Below are positions 18,693 through 33,556 of a stretch of DNA of 64,000 nt, piece by piece (the first letter of the stretch is position 1; every line of letters begins with the position of its first letter). A program made the position numbers and the translations under genes. The notes beneath the pieces were generated by a model. That model had not been told where the DNA came from and ran no database searches. It saw only the letters and a list, made by a program, of their open reading frames with translations. This DNA comes from the human T2T-CHM13v2.0 reference genome, Homo sapiens, in the NCBI RefSeq assembly GCF_009914755.1, contig NC_060943.1; one strand, written 5' to 3'.

Positions 18693-18920
18693 ACAATGAG
18701 AACACATGGACACAGGAAGGGGAACATCACACTCTGGGGACTGCTGTCGCTTGAGGGGATGGGGGAGGGATAGCATTGGGAGTTATACCTAATGCTAGAT
18801 GACGAGTTAGTGGGTGCAGCGCACCAGTATGGCACATGTATACATATGTAACTAACCTGCACATTGTGCACATGTACCCTAAAACTTAAAGTATAAAAAT
18901 AAATAAATAAAATGGGATTG

Positions 18921-19260
<340 letters not shown>

Positions 19261-20184
19261 TTACACACACACACATGCACACACCACACAGACAATCAGA
19301 TTGTCAGACCATAACAGCTGCACTCCTAGGCAGCAACCATGAGGAGTGATGTGGAGACCCCGGTTTAGACAGGGCCTGAGTTCTGCAGCTTCTCCGTGGT
19401 TGCTCCCAGCTCCCATTGTCTTCTAGAACACGAAGCTGAGGACTGGTTGTGATTTATCCCTCAATATTGGGTGCATTGAAAACTGTATGGTACCTGCCTG
19501 GCCCTTGTAACTGGAGGAGACATTTACACAAGGGCAGGGCTGCACCTGGGGTAGGGAGGGACAGGGAGGGAGAGGAGTACAAGACACCACATGGGGGCAT
19601 GGAAGAAGGCAGGCTCCGGGGTTGGTGCCCCCAATCCAGGTAGAGTGAGTACGCCTGGCACCTAAGTGCTAGGCAGATGCATCTGTGGAGGGAGACTTTG
19701 CTCCCCTCTTGGCTACTGCAGGGAGAGAGGTAGGAGGAGACCTCCCTGGAAGGTGCTCCAGGGGACCAGTTTGCAAATCCAAGCCCTGCAAAGCCAAGAA
19801 GGCAGGCCTCCAGCACTCTATTCAACCACCTGCAGACAGTGTGCAAGGTGAGCAAGACAGAAGGCAGGACTGCAGGAAGTAAGCAAGGAGGTGACACAGA
19901 CAGTGCCTGGAGCTGAGAGTGAGAGCTGCTCATGTGCATGATCAGTGAGGGCCTCTCTGTGATGACAGCAGGGGAGCAGAGACCAGAACAAGATGGCCCA
20001 GGAAGAGCTGGGGTAGATGTTCAAAGGCCCTCATATGGGCTTAAAGGCGGTACCACCTAGGCTCTGCGGAGACGCTGGGGTGATGGGTATGAGTGAGCTA
20101 GCCTAAGGTGAGAGGGGAAAGCCTGCAAGAGCTTGATCAGCTAGTGTTTTTCTCTCTCTTTTTCTTTTCTTTTCTTTTTTTTTT

Positions 20185-20480
20185 AGAGACAGGTTCTCGC
20201 TGTATTGTCCAGGCTGGAGTGCAGTGGCTGTTCCCAGGAACCATCCCACTGCTGATCAGCATGGGAATTTTGAACTTCTCTGTTTCCAACCTGGGCAGTT
20301 TCATCCCTCCTTAGGCAACCTGAGGGTTCTGCACTCCTGAGAGGTCATTATTTGGGGGCTAAACTTAGTGCAGACACCCGACTGGCACAGCGCATTGTAG
20401 CCCCAAACTTCTGGGCTCAAGCCATCCTCCCACCTTGCCTCCCGAGTAGCTGGACTACAGTGTGCACCACTGCACCCAGC
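20185..20480 (-). pseudogene. 7SL (SRP RNA) processed pseudogene, RN7SL-P type
   Basis: Alu-domain ends enclosing the S-domain (ctgatcagcatgggaatttt...ccttaggcaacctg...aacttagtgcagacacccga), with a T-rich tail to the left. Confidence 0.92.
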
Positions 20481-21554
20481 AAGGGCAATGTTTTTTGCAC
20501 TGTGAAGACCCATTATTAGATCGTAAGATCCATTCATTGGATCTTAACCAGTATTTAAAAAATAAAAATAAAAATAATACATCATAAAACAGCATAGAAT
20601 AGTGGAGAAAATACAAATGCATTGCCCGTAGGAAGGGTGAGCTTGCTTTGTGGGCCTTTATTTCAGTTTTACGTATGCACATGCACACACACTGGGTCTG
20701 GACTTCGAGTGCCAGGCTGCAGATGCCTTTACCTTGCTGAGGCCCCCCAGCTGCCCACCTGAAGGAAATCAGATAAGTGAAGCTGATGCGATGTGATCCC
20801 TTAAAAGTCAGGTGGAACATTCAGGAGGCCCTGAGCTAAACATTGCCAGCAGCAAGGTCACAACTGCCAGAACAGCCAAGGCCACTCCTGCTCAGCACAG
20901 AGAAGGCAGCCAAGCAGATTTCTTGGAGCAGCTGCCAAGAGAGTCTGCCCAGTGTGATGGAGAAAGAGCCCCACGTGTGGAGCACCTGCCAGGTGCCAGG
21001 CACTGCGCATCCCGATCTCTGGGTGAGCTGTGCTCCAAGGGCCAAGTCCATGTCAGTGTTGCCATAAGAGATGCCCCAGGCCCAGCAGGCAGTGCATGCT
21101 CCCCACCCCCACCATGAGCTGAGTGTTTCTGGTCCTCACATCAGCCCTGCAAGGTAGATCTTATGATCTTTGTGTCAGGGGTGAAAAACTCAGGCACAGT
21201 GTTCAGTGACTAGCTGAAGGGGCAGAGCCAGAATTCGAACCCAAGTGAGCCTGACACCAGGGCCTAGGTTTTCTCTTCCATGACACAGTTCTCACCACAC
21301 TGAGAGTCAGAGGAGGCACAGGTCCTCTCCTGGGGCTTCCAGAAGAATACTGCTTACAAGAAAAAACAATTATAGGAAAAATAAGGTGTGAGGGATACTA
21401 CGGACACAGCTCTGCATTGGCTGGGAGAGGGACAGATCAAAAGCCTTCTAGCAAATATCAACTCCATGAGGACAGGCACTGTGTCTGCCCTGCCTTCCAC
21501 CAATCCCCAGCTTTCAATACAGCACCTAGAACATGGTAGCTCAGTAAGTATCTG

Positions 21555-21800
21555 GTGGATGGGTAGATGGATAGATGGATGGATAAATGGATAGATGAAT
21601 GGATGGATGAATGAATAGATGGATAGGTGAGTGGATACATGGACGGATGGATGAATGATCACTGTATGGATAGGTGAATGGATACATGGATGGATGAATT
21701 GATGGATGCATGGGTGTATGGTGGACGGATGGATAACAGCGGACTGGATAGATGGATGAATTGATGAATACATACATGGATGGATGGATGGATGCATGGA
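21555..21800. repeat. Degenerate (TGGA/TAGA)n microsatellite at the end of an L2 remnant
   Basis: ~245 bp of ggat/agat units. Confidence 0.9.
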
Positions 21801-23167
21801 AAGAGATCTGTGTTGTTGGTCTATACCTTCCAATGGCTCATTTGTTAGCAGGCCACATTCTCTTTATTGGCCTCAATTCTGCACCTGTAGCCTGAGGGCC
21901 TGAGTTCAGACTGTATTCAGGGAGCTTTCATGGGTGCCATCAGAGGTCTCCCGGACAATCCTGCTAGACTGGCTCCTCCCTCCATTCCCACCCCTATCCC
22001 TAGAAAAGCACAGAATGCCAAGGCTGCCCAGTTGTGCACCTGAGGCAGCCCAGTTGGGCATCTCTAAGAATGTATGTAGATTATGAATGTGACTGACCCC
22101 ATCCTGGGTGCTGCAGCTTTGAACTAACACTTAAAAAACAAAAAAAGAACACACACACACAAACACACAAACACACACATTCTGGAGTGAGCTTGGCAAA
22201 CTGCTTCTGAGCCCTTCCTGTGTGGGTAGAGAGCACAGTAATTAAATGGACTGGTTCTGGAGCCAGACTTCCTGGGCTCATCTCCTTCGTGGCAGTGAGA
22301 CCAGGCACTGGATTCTCTGAGGTTTCACTTATCCTCTGTTAAATGGGATAGCACCTGCCTCTCCAGGTCACTGTGAGGGTCAGACGCTCCCCTTAGCGGG
22401 GACTTTCCATATCACTGGGGTTTACCAACAGGTCGGTAAACTCTGTCACAGTGGCAGGGCTTCTCAAGTCCAAGTTCAGCACTACCCCCCAGAAACAGGT
22501 GAGATATCCTTTTCCTGGGTTTACAGTGTCCTGGAGCTTTGTGAAGGGGCTGGTGTATCACATGAGGTAATGATCTGGGACTGGATGGACTCCCAGGACA
22601 GGTGTGAGTGTCACCTCTGCTGGGTGGCCAAGGGGCACAGTGCTGGACACTGACAACATGAAGTACTCACCTCTATGCAATGCTGACTCTCAAACCCAAG
22701 CAAATAGAGTCTGCAGGTGTGAGTGGGGCATAGAGCTGGGTGGCCTGCTGAAGAATTCACTGCCTTGCCATCCCTGAACACACACACATGTGGTTTCTCC
22801 CAGACCTTCGACAGGCTATAGCCCCTGGCTTTCCCCAGTACGTTTCCTCCTTACATAGTTTTCCCAGGAGCCTGACACCTCACTCCCACCTAACTCTTCT
22901 TCCTCCCTGCTTTCCTGAGAGATATTTTAGCCATTTCTACTACCACCATTGCCTCAAACCCTGTTCTCTTCCTTTCACAGGGAACCTTGCCTTCTTATCC
23001 TAGGAGCCTAAATTATTATCAATGGAAAAAAATGCTTGCTAGAAGGCAAGGCTGGCTTACTTATTACACTCTACTGAAAAATGGGAGAACAATCACCCAG
23101 TCCGACAAAGGAAGGGGGACAATGACACTTGTATGGCACTCACTAGATAGGCTCCATAGCATATTTT

Positions 23168-23463
23168 CTTTTTACTTTTTTGAGACAAGGTCTCACTCTG
23201 TTGCCCAGGCTGGAGTGCAGTGGTGCAACCTGGGCTCACTGCAACCTCCATCTCAAGACTCAAGTGATCCTCCCATCTCAGCCTCCTGAGAAGCTGGGAC
23301 CACAGGCATGTGCCACCATGCCTGGCTAATTTCTTGCATTTTTTGTAGAGATGGGGTGTTGCCATTTTTCCCAAGCTGGCCTTGAACTCCTTGGCTCAAG
23401 CAATCCATCCTCTTTGGCCTCCTAAAGTGCTGAGATTACAGGCATGAGCCACTGTGCTCAGCC
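23168..23463 (-). mobile_element. AluJ, full length
   Basis: Antisense dimer; TSD tagcatatttt (23157..23167 / 23464..23474). Confidence 0.93.
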
Positions 23464-23479
23464 TAGCATATTTTAAGTG

Positions 23480-26030
23480 AAAGAAAATAGTAGTAAACTT
23501 GAAGACAGATCAATAGAAATTAATTCAGTCTTAGGTACATACACAAAAAAGGTTTTAAAAATAAAAATACTTTCAGAGATGTGTGAGACTATAGTGTGTG
23601 GTCTGAAATGCAGGTCATTAGAATCCCAGAATGAGAGGAGCAACAGAAAAGGAAAGAAAAAAATATTTAGAGAAAGAATAGCCTCAAAAGCTCCAATTTC
23701 TGTTGAAAAAATTAACTTACAGATGCAAGAACTCGATAAACCCCAAGTATAATAAAACTAAAGAAAATTCTACTGGATATATAATACTCAACATTCAGAA
23801 AGCCAAAGAAAGATAAAATTTTGAAAACATTCAGCCAAAGTGACTCCAGAAGAAAACCAGTAAGAATAATCACTGATTTCTTATCATGAGCTATGGATGC
23901 CAAAAGAAATAGAAACAATATAATTCAAGTACTGTAGGGTGGAAAAGAACAGTCAACCAAGAATACTATATTCAGATAAAATATGCCTCAAAAATGAAGG
24001 TTAAATAGAGACACTTTTAGAAAACAAATACTGTGATAATTTGTTACCACCAACAGACCTGCACTACAAAAAAAGTAAAGGAGGTCCTTTAAGCTGAAGA
24101 AATAAAGAGCTCTGAAAATAGTGGATATGTTCATAAATACAAAGGACCATTTGTTTAATTTTCTTCTTTTAAAAATATGATTGTTTAAAGCAAAAATTGT
24201 AATACTGCACAAATGGGTTTATAATGTGTGTGTGTGTATATATATATATAAAAATAACACTAAAAATAGGGTGGCAAATGGAAACATACTATTTCAAGTT
24301 TCCTATATTTTGTGTAAAGTAAGTTGATATTAACCATAAGTAGAATGGGTTAAGTTAAAGGTAGCTATAGTAATCCTATTAGGAACCACTAAAAACATAA
24401 GGCAAATATGTATATTTTGGAGACAGGGTCTCACTCTGTTGCCCAGGCTACAGATGTGTGCCACCATGCCTGGAGGTTTTTTTTTTTTTTTTTTGTAGAG
24501 ATGAGGCCTTGCTGTGTTGCTAGGCTGGTCTAAAGCAGTCCTTCTGCTTCCACCTCCCAAAATACTGGGCTTACAGGTATGAATGCCTCTCCTGCAAAAT
24601 ATATAGATAGAAAGCCAATAAGGAATTTAGATGAAATACTAAAATATTTTAACAAAAAAGAAGACCAGAAAGTAAGAACAAGGGGAGAACAACACCAAAT
24701 AGATTAGGCAAATAGAAAATAAATAGAAAAATGGCAAACTTTGATACACCATGTCAATAATTACATTAAATGTATAAAGAATATTCACTTCAATCAAAAG
24801 GCAGAGATTTTTAAGGGTTGGATAAAAAGCAAGAATTGGCCAGACACAGTGGCTTATGTCTGTAATTCCAGCATTTTGGAGGTTGAGGCAGGAGGACTGC
24901 TTAAGCCCCAAAATGTCAGACCAGCCTGGGGAACATGGTGATACCGCAACTATACCAAAAAAAAAAAAAAAAAAAAAAAGGTGGAGGTATCGCTTGAGCC
25001 TGGAAGTTTGAGGCTACAGTGAGCCATGTTCACGTCATTGCACTCCAGACTGGGTGACAGAGAAAGAATCCTGTCTCAAAAAGAAAAAAAAGAAAAAGAA
25101 AAAGCAAGAATCAAGTATATGCTCTTTACAATAGACACAATTTAAATTCAAATACAAGAAAAATATATTGAAAGAAAAATATGCAAAAAAAATGCAAAAT
25201 GTAAACATACAAAAGCTGAAGTGGTCATAATAATATTAGTCAAAATAGATTTCAAAACAAGTGCTATTATTACTAGAGGGGAAGAAGAACTTTGCATTAC
25301 TACAAAAGAGTCAGGCCAGGCGTGGTGACTCTTGCCTGCAATCCCAGCACTTTGGGAGGCTGAGGTGGGCAGATCACCAGGTCAGGAGATCGAGACCATC
25401 CTGGCTAACATGGTGAAACCGCGTCTCTACTAAAAATACAAAAAATTAGCCGGGCGTGGTGGCGGGCGCCTGTGGTCCCAGCTACTCGGGAGGCTGAGAC
25501 AGGAGAATGGTGTGAACCCAGGGGCAGAGCTGGCCGTGAGCTGATGTCGTGCCACTGCACTCCAGCCTGGGCGACAGAGTGAGACTCTATCTCAAAAATA
25601 AAAATAAATTAAAAAATTTAAAAAAGAGTCAATACAATCAGGAAGATATGGCATTTATAAAGGTGTAGGTGCCTAATAACAGATCTTCCAAATACATGCA
25701 TAAAAATTGACAAAATTAAAAAGCAAAATAGACAAAGCCACAGTCATAGTAAGAGACGTTAGTGCACCTCTCTCAGGGGGCAAAGAGAACTACTAGACAA
25801 GAAACCAGTAAAAGTATGGAATGTCTGAAGAACATTATCAACCACCTTCACCTACTTGACATTGATAGAACCCTACACCAAACAACTGCAGAACACATTC
25901 ATTTCAAGTGCAAATGGATGTGCATCTAGTAGATCATACACTATGTCATCAAACAAATTCAATAGATTTCTAAAGAATGAAATCTTACAAAGTATGTCCT
26001 CTGACCACAAAGAAAGTAAATTATAAATCC
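23480..26030 (+). mobile_element. Ancient L1M fragment (ORF1 and start of ORF2) interrupted by three Alus
   Basis: A-rich, degraded ORF1/endonuclease-like sequence (SSKLEDRSIEI...; cctctgaccac at the SDH motif). Alu pieces at ~24415-24595 (-), 24838-25105 (+) and 25314-25621 (+). Confidence 0.75.
25314..25621 (+). mobile_element. AluY-like, full length
   Basis: Diagnostics gagatcgagaccatcctggctaac and agaatggtgtgaacc; TSD aaaagagtca (25304..25313 / 25622..25631). Confidence 0.92.
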
Positions 26031-26808
26031 TAGCAGAATTCAGTCAGTAGCAGAAATCTCACCCCGTCTAGTATCCTGAGAAACTTTTGAGGAAAATCTC
26101 CTCTCTGCAGCTTTTCAGTAAGCACTGAACTGGGGAAGTTCAAAAATAAATTTTTCTTTTAAAAATAACTATCCTGTTTCCACTCTGATAAGCACATGAA
26201 CAACCATTCCTCACTTTGAGCTGATGGCAGAAAATGCAACTCCAGCTGGAGTTAGCAAAAAATAAATGCATTAGCTCATGTGAACAGAAAACCCCAGCAT
26301 GAGGATATGGTCTCACCCTCAGCCTCCCCTCAGCCTCCCAGCTCTACTTTATTCTGTGTGGACTCCCTCTTGAGCAATGTCTTCTATGGCAGGATGGCCA
26401 CGTTCATCTTCATGTCTGGCAGAAACAGAGCTAGTGTTTTCCAAGAGGCACAGCTTTTCGTTATCACTGTTTCTGATTGGCTAAGTCTAGATCACATGAC
26501 CACTCTTGACTCTGAGGTTGGCATCAATCATTCCACTCACTGCAAGGGTTGATAGTGAGTTGGTGGTTTCCCAGAGGGACACTGAGGTTGAGAAGAGAGA
26601 ATGAACTGAGCAGGCAATGACAGCAGATGTGCACTCCCTGCACCCACTGGGTTTAAAGATGGTGGAGCAGGAGGTAGGGAGAAATGTGGAGGGATCTGAT
26701 GGGCAGATGAAATCCCAGCAGGTCAGAACTTACCCCAGAACCTAGCTTAACCCCCCTGTCTTTCCAGACAATGGTCACTTCCAGGTGGGGGGCTGATTAG
26801 TGCATGTG

Positions 26809-26841
26809 TACACACACACACACACACACACAACACAAACA
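26809..26841. repeat. (CA)n microsatellite
   Basis: Direct inspection. Confidence 0.9.
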
Positions 26842-28559
26842 CTCATTGTTTTCATTTTCTTTCCATTTTTTCACAATGAATACAACTTATATTATTTCTG
26901 TATTGTGTTTTGAAAACACAAATATTTAAGGCAAAAACATCCTTTGGGGGTTGGAATCTTTTTTCTTTTTGAGGGGACATAGAGTAGAATTATGAAAAGA
27001 TGCTTATCTTCAAGGTCAAAACTGTACACTCCACAGGTGCTATTACAAACATTTAGCCAGTTTCTACTTTTACCCTCAAAATAGGAATAACCTCTCATTT
27101 AATTACCTCATAAGTTGTGGGGAAAGCCCTCACCAAAACGTGGAGCATTTGAGATAGTGCATGTAAACCAGCTTTCTATACCGAAGGTGTTTTACAGAGG
27201 AGAGAAAAGGTTATCTGTATTTCAATTCTGGAAGCCACAGGAAAGTAACTTGTGTTACTTTCAGAAACACAAGTTTCTGAAGCTCCTATTCAGAAAGGAT
27301 CTTTTTCCACCCTTCAGAGTCACAGCCTTCTTTCCCCCAAAGGGAGAAGCCTTTACCTGTTGTATCTCTAGGCTTTAACCACCACACAAATAGAAATAAC
27401 AATTGTAGCGTGGAACAAACCCAAGGGACAGAGGCAATTAAAAATAAATCAGACATCTTGGAAAAAGTCATTTGCAGAAACAGTTGTGTCCACAGCATGA
27501 AATATGGAGGAAATACATTAAAGCAAAAATTAATTTAATAAACACTCACCCTCATTCTTTTTAAAGGATCGAATAGTATAAAATACTTCATTAGGCAAAG
27601 TCTCAGCAGGGGAACATGGACTTTTTTAAAAAATGACTTTGTAAGTTAGAGATGGAAGATAAAAAAGAAGAGAGAGATGGGGAGAACATGGCTTTTGTCT
27701 GAGTGTGCAACTTTAGAATAGGGCAGGGAAGTTCAACTATGGGGAGAAGATGGTCAGGGTGCTTAGGACCCCCTCATATCCCAGGGGTCCCATCATGCTA
27801 GAAACACACAAAGCCAGTGAGACAATGGCAGCCTCCACCCAGATAATCCACACACACAGAAACACATCTGATTTAAGACCCAGAAATGGCTTCAACAGTG
27901 CCATCTCCTGCCCTAAGCTGCTCTGCACTTGCTCTGGGAGGTGAGTAGAAATGCTACTGAGGAAGGTAAATCATCTGATCTCCCCCAAGTTGATCCCAAG
28001 GCCTTGCGCGGTGCTGGGGGATCAGCTGATGCCCCCAAATGTGTGCCGATTGATGTAATGAGCATTTGGGGGTGCCAACCCAGGGTCCTTTTTCTGTTCA
28101 CTTCCTACTGATACCCAGCTTTTTCTTCAGGAATCCACCTCAGCTCATGGCCCGACCCAGAATTCCAGATTGGGGCTTTTAGTGGCTGAAATAAATTCAG
28201 GTATTCCATTTCCCAGACCTGGTCATTAGTTTAGAGGTGACCCTTCTGCAATGTTGAGACAGGAACACTCACCAACTGGATTCTGTGATGTGCAGGCAGG
28301 AAACCTAAAATTGTGGGAACAACTATGGCTGCAAAAAGGGAAGTCAGCCCAGGGCCAAAGCCAGCACACACAGAAGGACCCAGAGGGAGATCAAGCAAAA
28401 TAGGGCACCCTGATCATGCCATTCCTGAAGCTGTGCTTTCCTTGATTTCCAACAGTTTATTCCAGTAGGAATAAATCTTGCTTGTTTTATAGGCTGGTTG
28501 GAATTTGGCAGCAGTTTGATGTTTGCATGTTAAGAGTTCTGACACTGAGCAGGTTGGAG

Positions 28560-28705
28560 AATGAGAAAGAGCAAGACAAGAGAAAGGAAGGGAGAGGGAA
28601 ATTAAGAAAGGGAAGCAAGGAGAAAAGAGAGGGAAGAAAGGAGGAAAGAAAGGAAAAGAAAGGAGAAAAGGAGAGGGAAATTAAGAAAGAGAATAAACGA
28701 GAAGA
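28560..28705. repeat. Polypurine (GA-rich) low-complexity tract
   Basis: Almost exclusively A/G. Confidence 0.85.
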
Positions 28706-29408
28706 GGCAAATCATAATAATAATAATCCAGAAGAATAAAAGATTTTTAGGGCAGTATGGGGTTGTGTAGACTGATATGTCCAGCTCTCATATTATGGAT
28801 GAGAAAATAGAGGTCCCAAGAAGCAACGTGACTCTGCCAGGGCCACACCATCAGTGTGACCCAGCATGAGGACCCAAGCGTCCCGGCACCCAGCCTCCTT
28901 CTTTCTTCCCCCAAGTCACAAATATAGAGAAGCAGTTTTTATAGCTAAAGTAGTTCTTGCTTATTACAGAGAATTTGAGATGTGCACAGAAGTAGAAAAA
29001 AGAAAAAAGCCATAATGTTACCATGCAGATATAACCATTATTAACATTTAACCAATTTTCCTGTCAGTATTCTTCTGTATTTAAGGATCATTTTTACAGA
29101 GTTTTAAACCCTCAGTTTACATAATTGTATTCCCTGCTTTTTTCTCTTATGTCGTAAGCATTCCCCATGTTACTGCATATTCTTCAGGAACAAAAATGTT
29201 TGACTCTATAATATTCAATCAGGCAGATAGACCCTCATTTATTTAACCGTTTTCCTACCAGTTTTCCTACCAGTGGATATATTTTTCAAATTTTCAACAC
29301 TTACTTTCAAAACGCTTGAAGATCCTCACATAAAACTTTTTTGTATGTAAGATTATTTACTTATAATTGATTCACAGAAGTGAAATCTTAGGGTTGAAGG
29401 GCAGGAAT

Positions 29409-29520
29409 TAGGGTTGCCACATTTAGCAGCTAAAAATGTAGGATTTAAATTTTTCATTTCAAATTATTTATCTGCAATTGAAATTTAACTGGGAGTTCTG
29501 TATTTTATCTGGCAACCTTA
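29409..29520. mobile_element. MER53-type hAT MITE, internally deleted
   Basis: TIRs tagggttgcca / tggcaacctta; perfect 8-bp TSD gcaggaat (29401..29408 / 29521..29528). Confidence 0.85.
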
Positions 29521-32500
29521 GCAGGAATATTTTTAAAGGTTTCCATACATATTTCCAATGCCCTCAGATTAGAAAAGAGAGAGAATGAGGGAATAACATC
29601 TAACATTCTATTTTGTGCCATGCACTCATTTAAATATTTTATGGCCATTTAAGTGCATTTAAGCTTTGTGTTGACCTCTAAGTTAAGGAATTATTGTGAG
29701 CCCTACTTTGCAGATGAAAAAGCAGAGGTCGACGAGGTTAAGTAAAATGTTCAAGACTACACAACTAGGACTCCGGGGGAACTAGAATTGAACCCGGGCA
29801 GCCTGACTGCTACAGTGTCCCCAGAAAGCCAAGGAAAGAGTGAAACAGGCCGAGAGAGGAGATTCAGGCTGTGACTCTTGAGAGAAGCAGACATCCACGG
29901 TCCGTCTTGCCCGGGTCCCCCTCGAAGTCAAAATCAGCCATGTGAGCAGTCTTTCCCGACTCAGAGACCCCAAATCCTCACCACACATTAGCAGGATATT
30001 GATCATTCACTGAACACATTGGGGCAAGACAGGGATCCACGCATAATGGAAATAATTTCATAAAATCCATTTTAAAACTGGTCAATCCCGTCTCGAGTTC
30101 CTCTCCAGCTGCCAGGCTGGTCCTTCCCATCTTTCAGCCTCCACACCCATCACTCCACTCAGCTAAAACACCCCCTCTACCACCTAGACCTGCCCTCCCT
30201 GGAAAGGAGAGGTTATACTTAATGAATCTCCCTGTTTTTCAAAATATCAGACAGTAAGGGACTTTATTCCTTCCTTCTTCCCTGTCTCCCATACATTTCC
30301 TTCCTTTCACTTCCTCCCTTCCCCATGTGACACTCACCAAGCACCAAGAAGATCTTCCTCCACCCAGAGGCAATGAAGACATCCCAGGCAACAGCCCTAG
30401 GCAGACCACAGAGGGTAGCCAGGCTCGAAGGCTTCAGACAAAGAGCCGGGAGGGCCCAGAGGGGACACAGCGCTCCCACCTGGGTAGCGTGTAAGACTTC
30501 ATGGCACAGGTGCCGCTGAGCTGCGCACTGAAGGGCTGATAGATTTTGTACAGGTAGAGATGGATTGGAATTAGGCCAGGGGTGAAAGGGAAGCAGGGGG
30601 CTGCCCCTTCCCAGTGAGAACATTTTGAGGACGCAGTCTAGGGAAAGAGAGAGCAGGGCTTGAGCCTGAAGCAGACTGAGTTCTCCAGAATCCCCACGCA
30701 TACTTATCAGCAACTCCTCGTGGCTGATGCCGAAAGAGTCCTGGGTGACGCCAGAGCTGGCTTCTGGGATCTTGTTGTGGGGAGCATCCCCACGTGGCCA
30801 GGACCCCCACCCATTGCTGGGACAATATACAGTTGATATGCATGGCTTCACCCAGGCCATCTTTTAAATGACTCACAAAATGCATCTAGGATTTTAAAAC
30901 TGCTCATAAAAATGGATCAATCAGCACAAGGCTGAAATAACTAGTTCCTTTTGCTAGGAAAAAGAAAATGTGCTTCTTAATTATTGTACTGATTGCGTGA
31001 AAGTTTTTTTTTAAATGCAACAAAGAGGCCTCTGAAGGCCCTGTCCTTCTACCTGCCTATAGGGTAAAGAATCTAATTAAAACAAAGAAAATAGATGAAT
31101 ATTTAATGATATGATTTTCCCCCACTACTTTTTACTTCTCAACTTAACCCAGTGACAGCTCCAAAAATTCCTCCAACAAAGAACACGCAAAATCCCACGA
31201 GCGTGATCTATCAGAGCAGAGTTTGCATAAACAGCTCTGTGCTTCAGAGCTGACGCCACAACTCCTCCCTCAAGCCAGCCATGGCTGCTGCTTCCACAGC
31301 CCTCTGAGGGTGCCCTGGCCTCCTGTCCTAAACATCCCGGGCCTTCAGAGCTGCCTGCCCCTGAGGTCGGTCCTGACACTGCCCCTTTGTTATGAGGACC
31401 TTGGGAAAGTGGCCCAAGCACAGCGGCACTGCCTACGGGTTGCCAGAAGGATGCCACTGGACCAGGTAAGGAAGCACTTAGCGGAGTGCCTGACACAGAG
31501 CAGCCACTCAGCCAATGACTGGACGGCATCTGTGACTGTAACACACTTGGAGACTAAGGTCCAGGGGTGAGGGAGGGTGATTTTTCAGAAGTCACAGACA
31601 GATTGGTGGTAGAGCCATTGTGAATTACTCCTCCCTGTATTCTGAGTTACCTCCCATGTGTTGGCCTCCAGTGCTGGCTGTATTCTCTGCCACTAGTAGA
31701 ATGGTCCTTCTTGCCTGGACTTCTGCGCTGGTCACTTTGGGCTACACAAATGCCTGTAGCTCTCCTCGGGACCTACCTTCATCCTATTCTAGAATGGGTA
31801 GGTATCCTTTTATATCTGCTAAATTACTTTTGATTCTAAGAGACAGAAAGTTTAAGCACACTGACTTAAGCCTAAAGGGGACTTCATCACTGAAATACCC
31901 TAGGGTAGAACTTCAGTTTCATAGCTGGATCCAGGGGCTGGACTGATGTCCCCAGAGCTTGGCTTCTCCCTCTGGCTTCTCTCTCCTGCAGCCTCCATTT
32001 TCAGATAAGCTGTCCTCTAGGGGTTGCAGGATGGTTCTTGAAGCTCTCACCTCTCATCTAAGCAAGTAAGCAAGCCCCACCCCCCCGCATAGGACTCCCA
32101 AAAAAAGTTTCATCATAGCTTATTGACTCAGGTAAAGTGGGCAACATGCCCATTCCTGAACCAATCTCCATGTCCAGAGACATGTGATGGAAGACTGGCA
32201 GGGCTATTTCCTCTGAGTTCCTGTGAGTATCATTAGTGCCTCTACTCATGAGTCTCCCAGGAGGAGGAAAGGGTGGGTTGTTCAGTAGTTTTCTTAGCCA
32301 GAACAAATTTTCACTAATAAATCTGTACTTCTGCGCTGGAGAACAGTGAAATGTGAGTGCAGGCAGTGATCACACAAGGAGACTAACACATCAAATTCAG
32401 CCCTCCGATGGACGGAGAGTAACTGCACTGGATCTTCGAATGTGGATTCATTGTCAGCATGAAATATTGGCAGAGTTCCCATAGACATTCTGGTTCCCAG

Positions 32501-32988
32501 CTTCCTTGGTAAAATTGGGTTGCGGCCAGAGAGGCATGTCCCTAGCTTTGCCCTGCTAGTCTTTACAGCAGGCTACAGAACCTGCCTTCACTGCTCTCAG
32601 TTACTGCCTGGGTGCTGTGGCCGGCTAAGTTTGCAACCCCTGGTGGAAGTCCACTCAGTGTTCATAAGAATTCCCCTCAATCTAGAGCACTGTTCAGAGT
32701 GAGTGCCTCCTTGCAGCTGAGCCCTCACACCAGGAATGCCACTTCTCCCATCTCCAAAGAGTGTCACAGCAGGCCTGGGAGGCAGATGGGCTGTTTGGGG
32801 GAAGGAAGCTGAAGACTGATGAGGTCGAAGGATACCGAGGTAGAAACAAGTGTTAACCTGTGTAGCCCAGGCAGTGGGAGGTAGAAGAGGAGGGCTTTCC
32901 TCAGACCCTATCCCTGGGCCTAAAATGGAAGAAACTCAGATATAGGGCCCTATGAAGTCCAAACGGGGAGCAATTAAAAGGTGCACGG

Positions 32989-33285
32989 GGCCAGGAGCAG
33001 TGGCTCACGCCTGTAATCCCAACACTTTGGGAGGCTGAGGTAGGCAGATCACTTGAGGTCAGGAGTTCAAGACCAGCCTGGCGAACGTGGTGAAACCCCT
33101 TCTCTACAAAAATACAAAAATTAGCTGGGTGTGGTGGTGGGCGCCTGTAATTCCAGCTACTTGGGAGACTGAGGCAGAGAATTGCTTGAACCTGGGAGGC
33201 GGAGGTTGCAGTGGGCTGAGATCGTGCCACTGCATTCCAGCCTGGGCAACAGAGCAAGACAGTCTCAAAAAAAAAAAAAAAAAAA
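32989..33285 (+). mobile_element. AluS (Sz/Sx-like), full length
   Basis: Dimeric Alu with a poly-A tail. Confidence 0.95.
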
Positions 33286-33556
33286 GACCGTGGTCAGCAT
33301 CTTCTGTCTCTCCACCTTCCCCATCTCCCTGCCTAGCGGGAGGACAGGAGCAGCACCAGGATGGCAGACATGACACCTAGGCTGCTGGGCAGTTTCACCT
33401 TCCCTCCATCCACACCTTTCCCCACAACCCTGGGGGTCCCCTGAAAATCCGTTTCTCAGGCTGACAGCTGTTCTGTAGGTGTGGGATGGGGGCTGGTGTT
33501 CAGGTAAGCCAACCCAGATGACAGCAAGACAGACAACTTTCTCAAAAGTAAAATAC

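Noticed and set aside
21354-21833. His/Pro/Ser/Ile-rich ORFs
   Set aside because: Translation of the (TCCA)n microsatellite.
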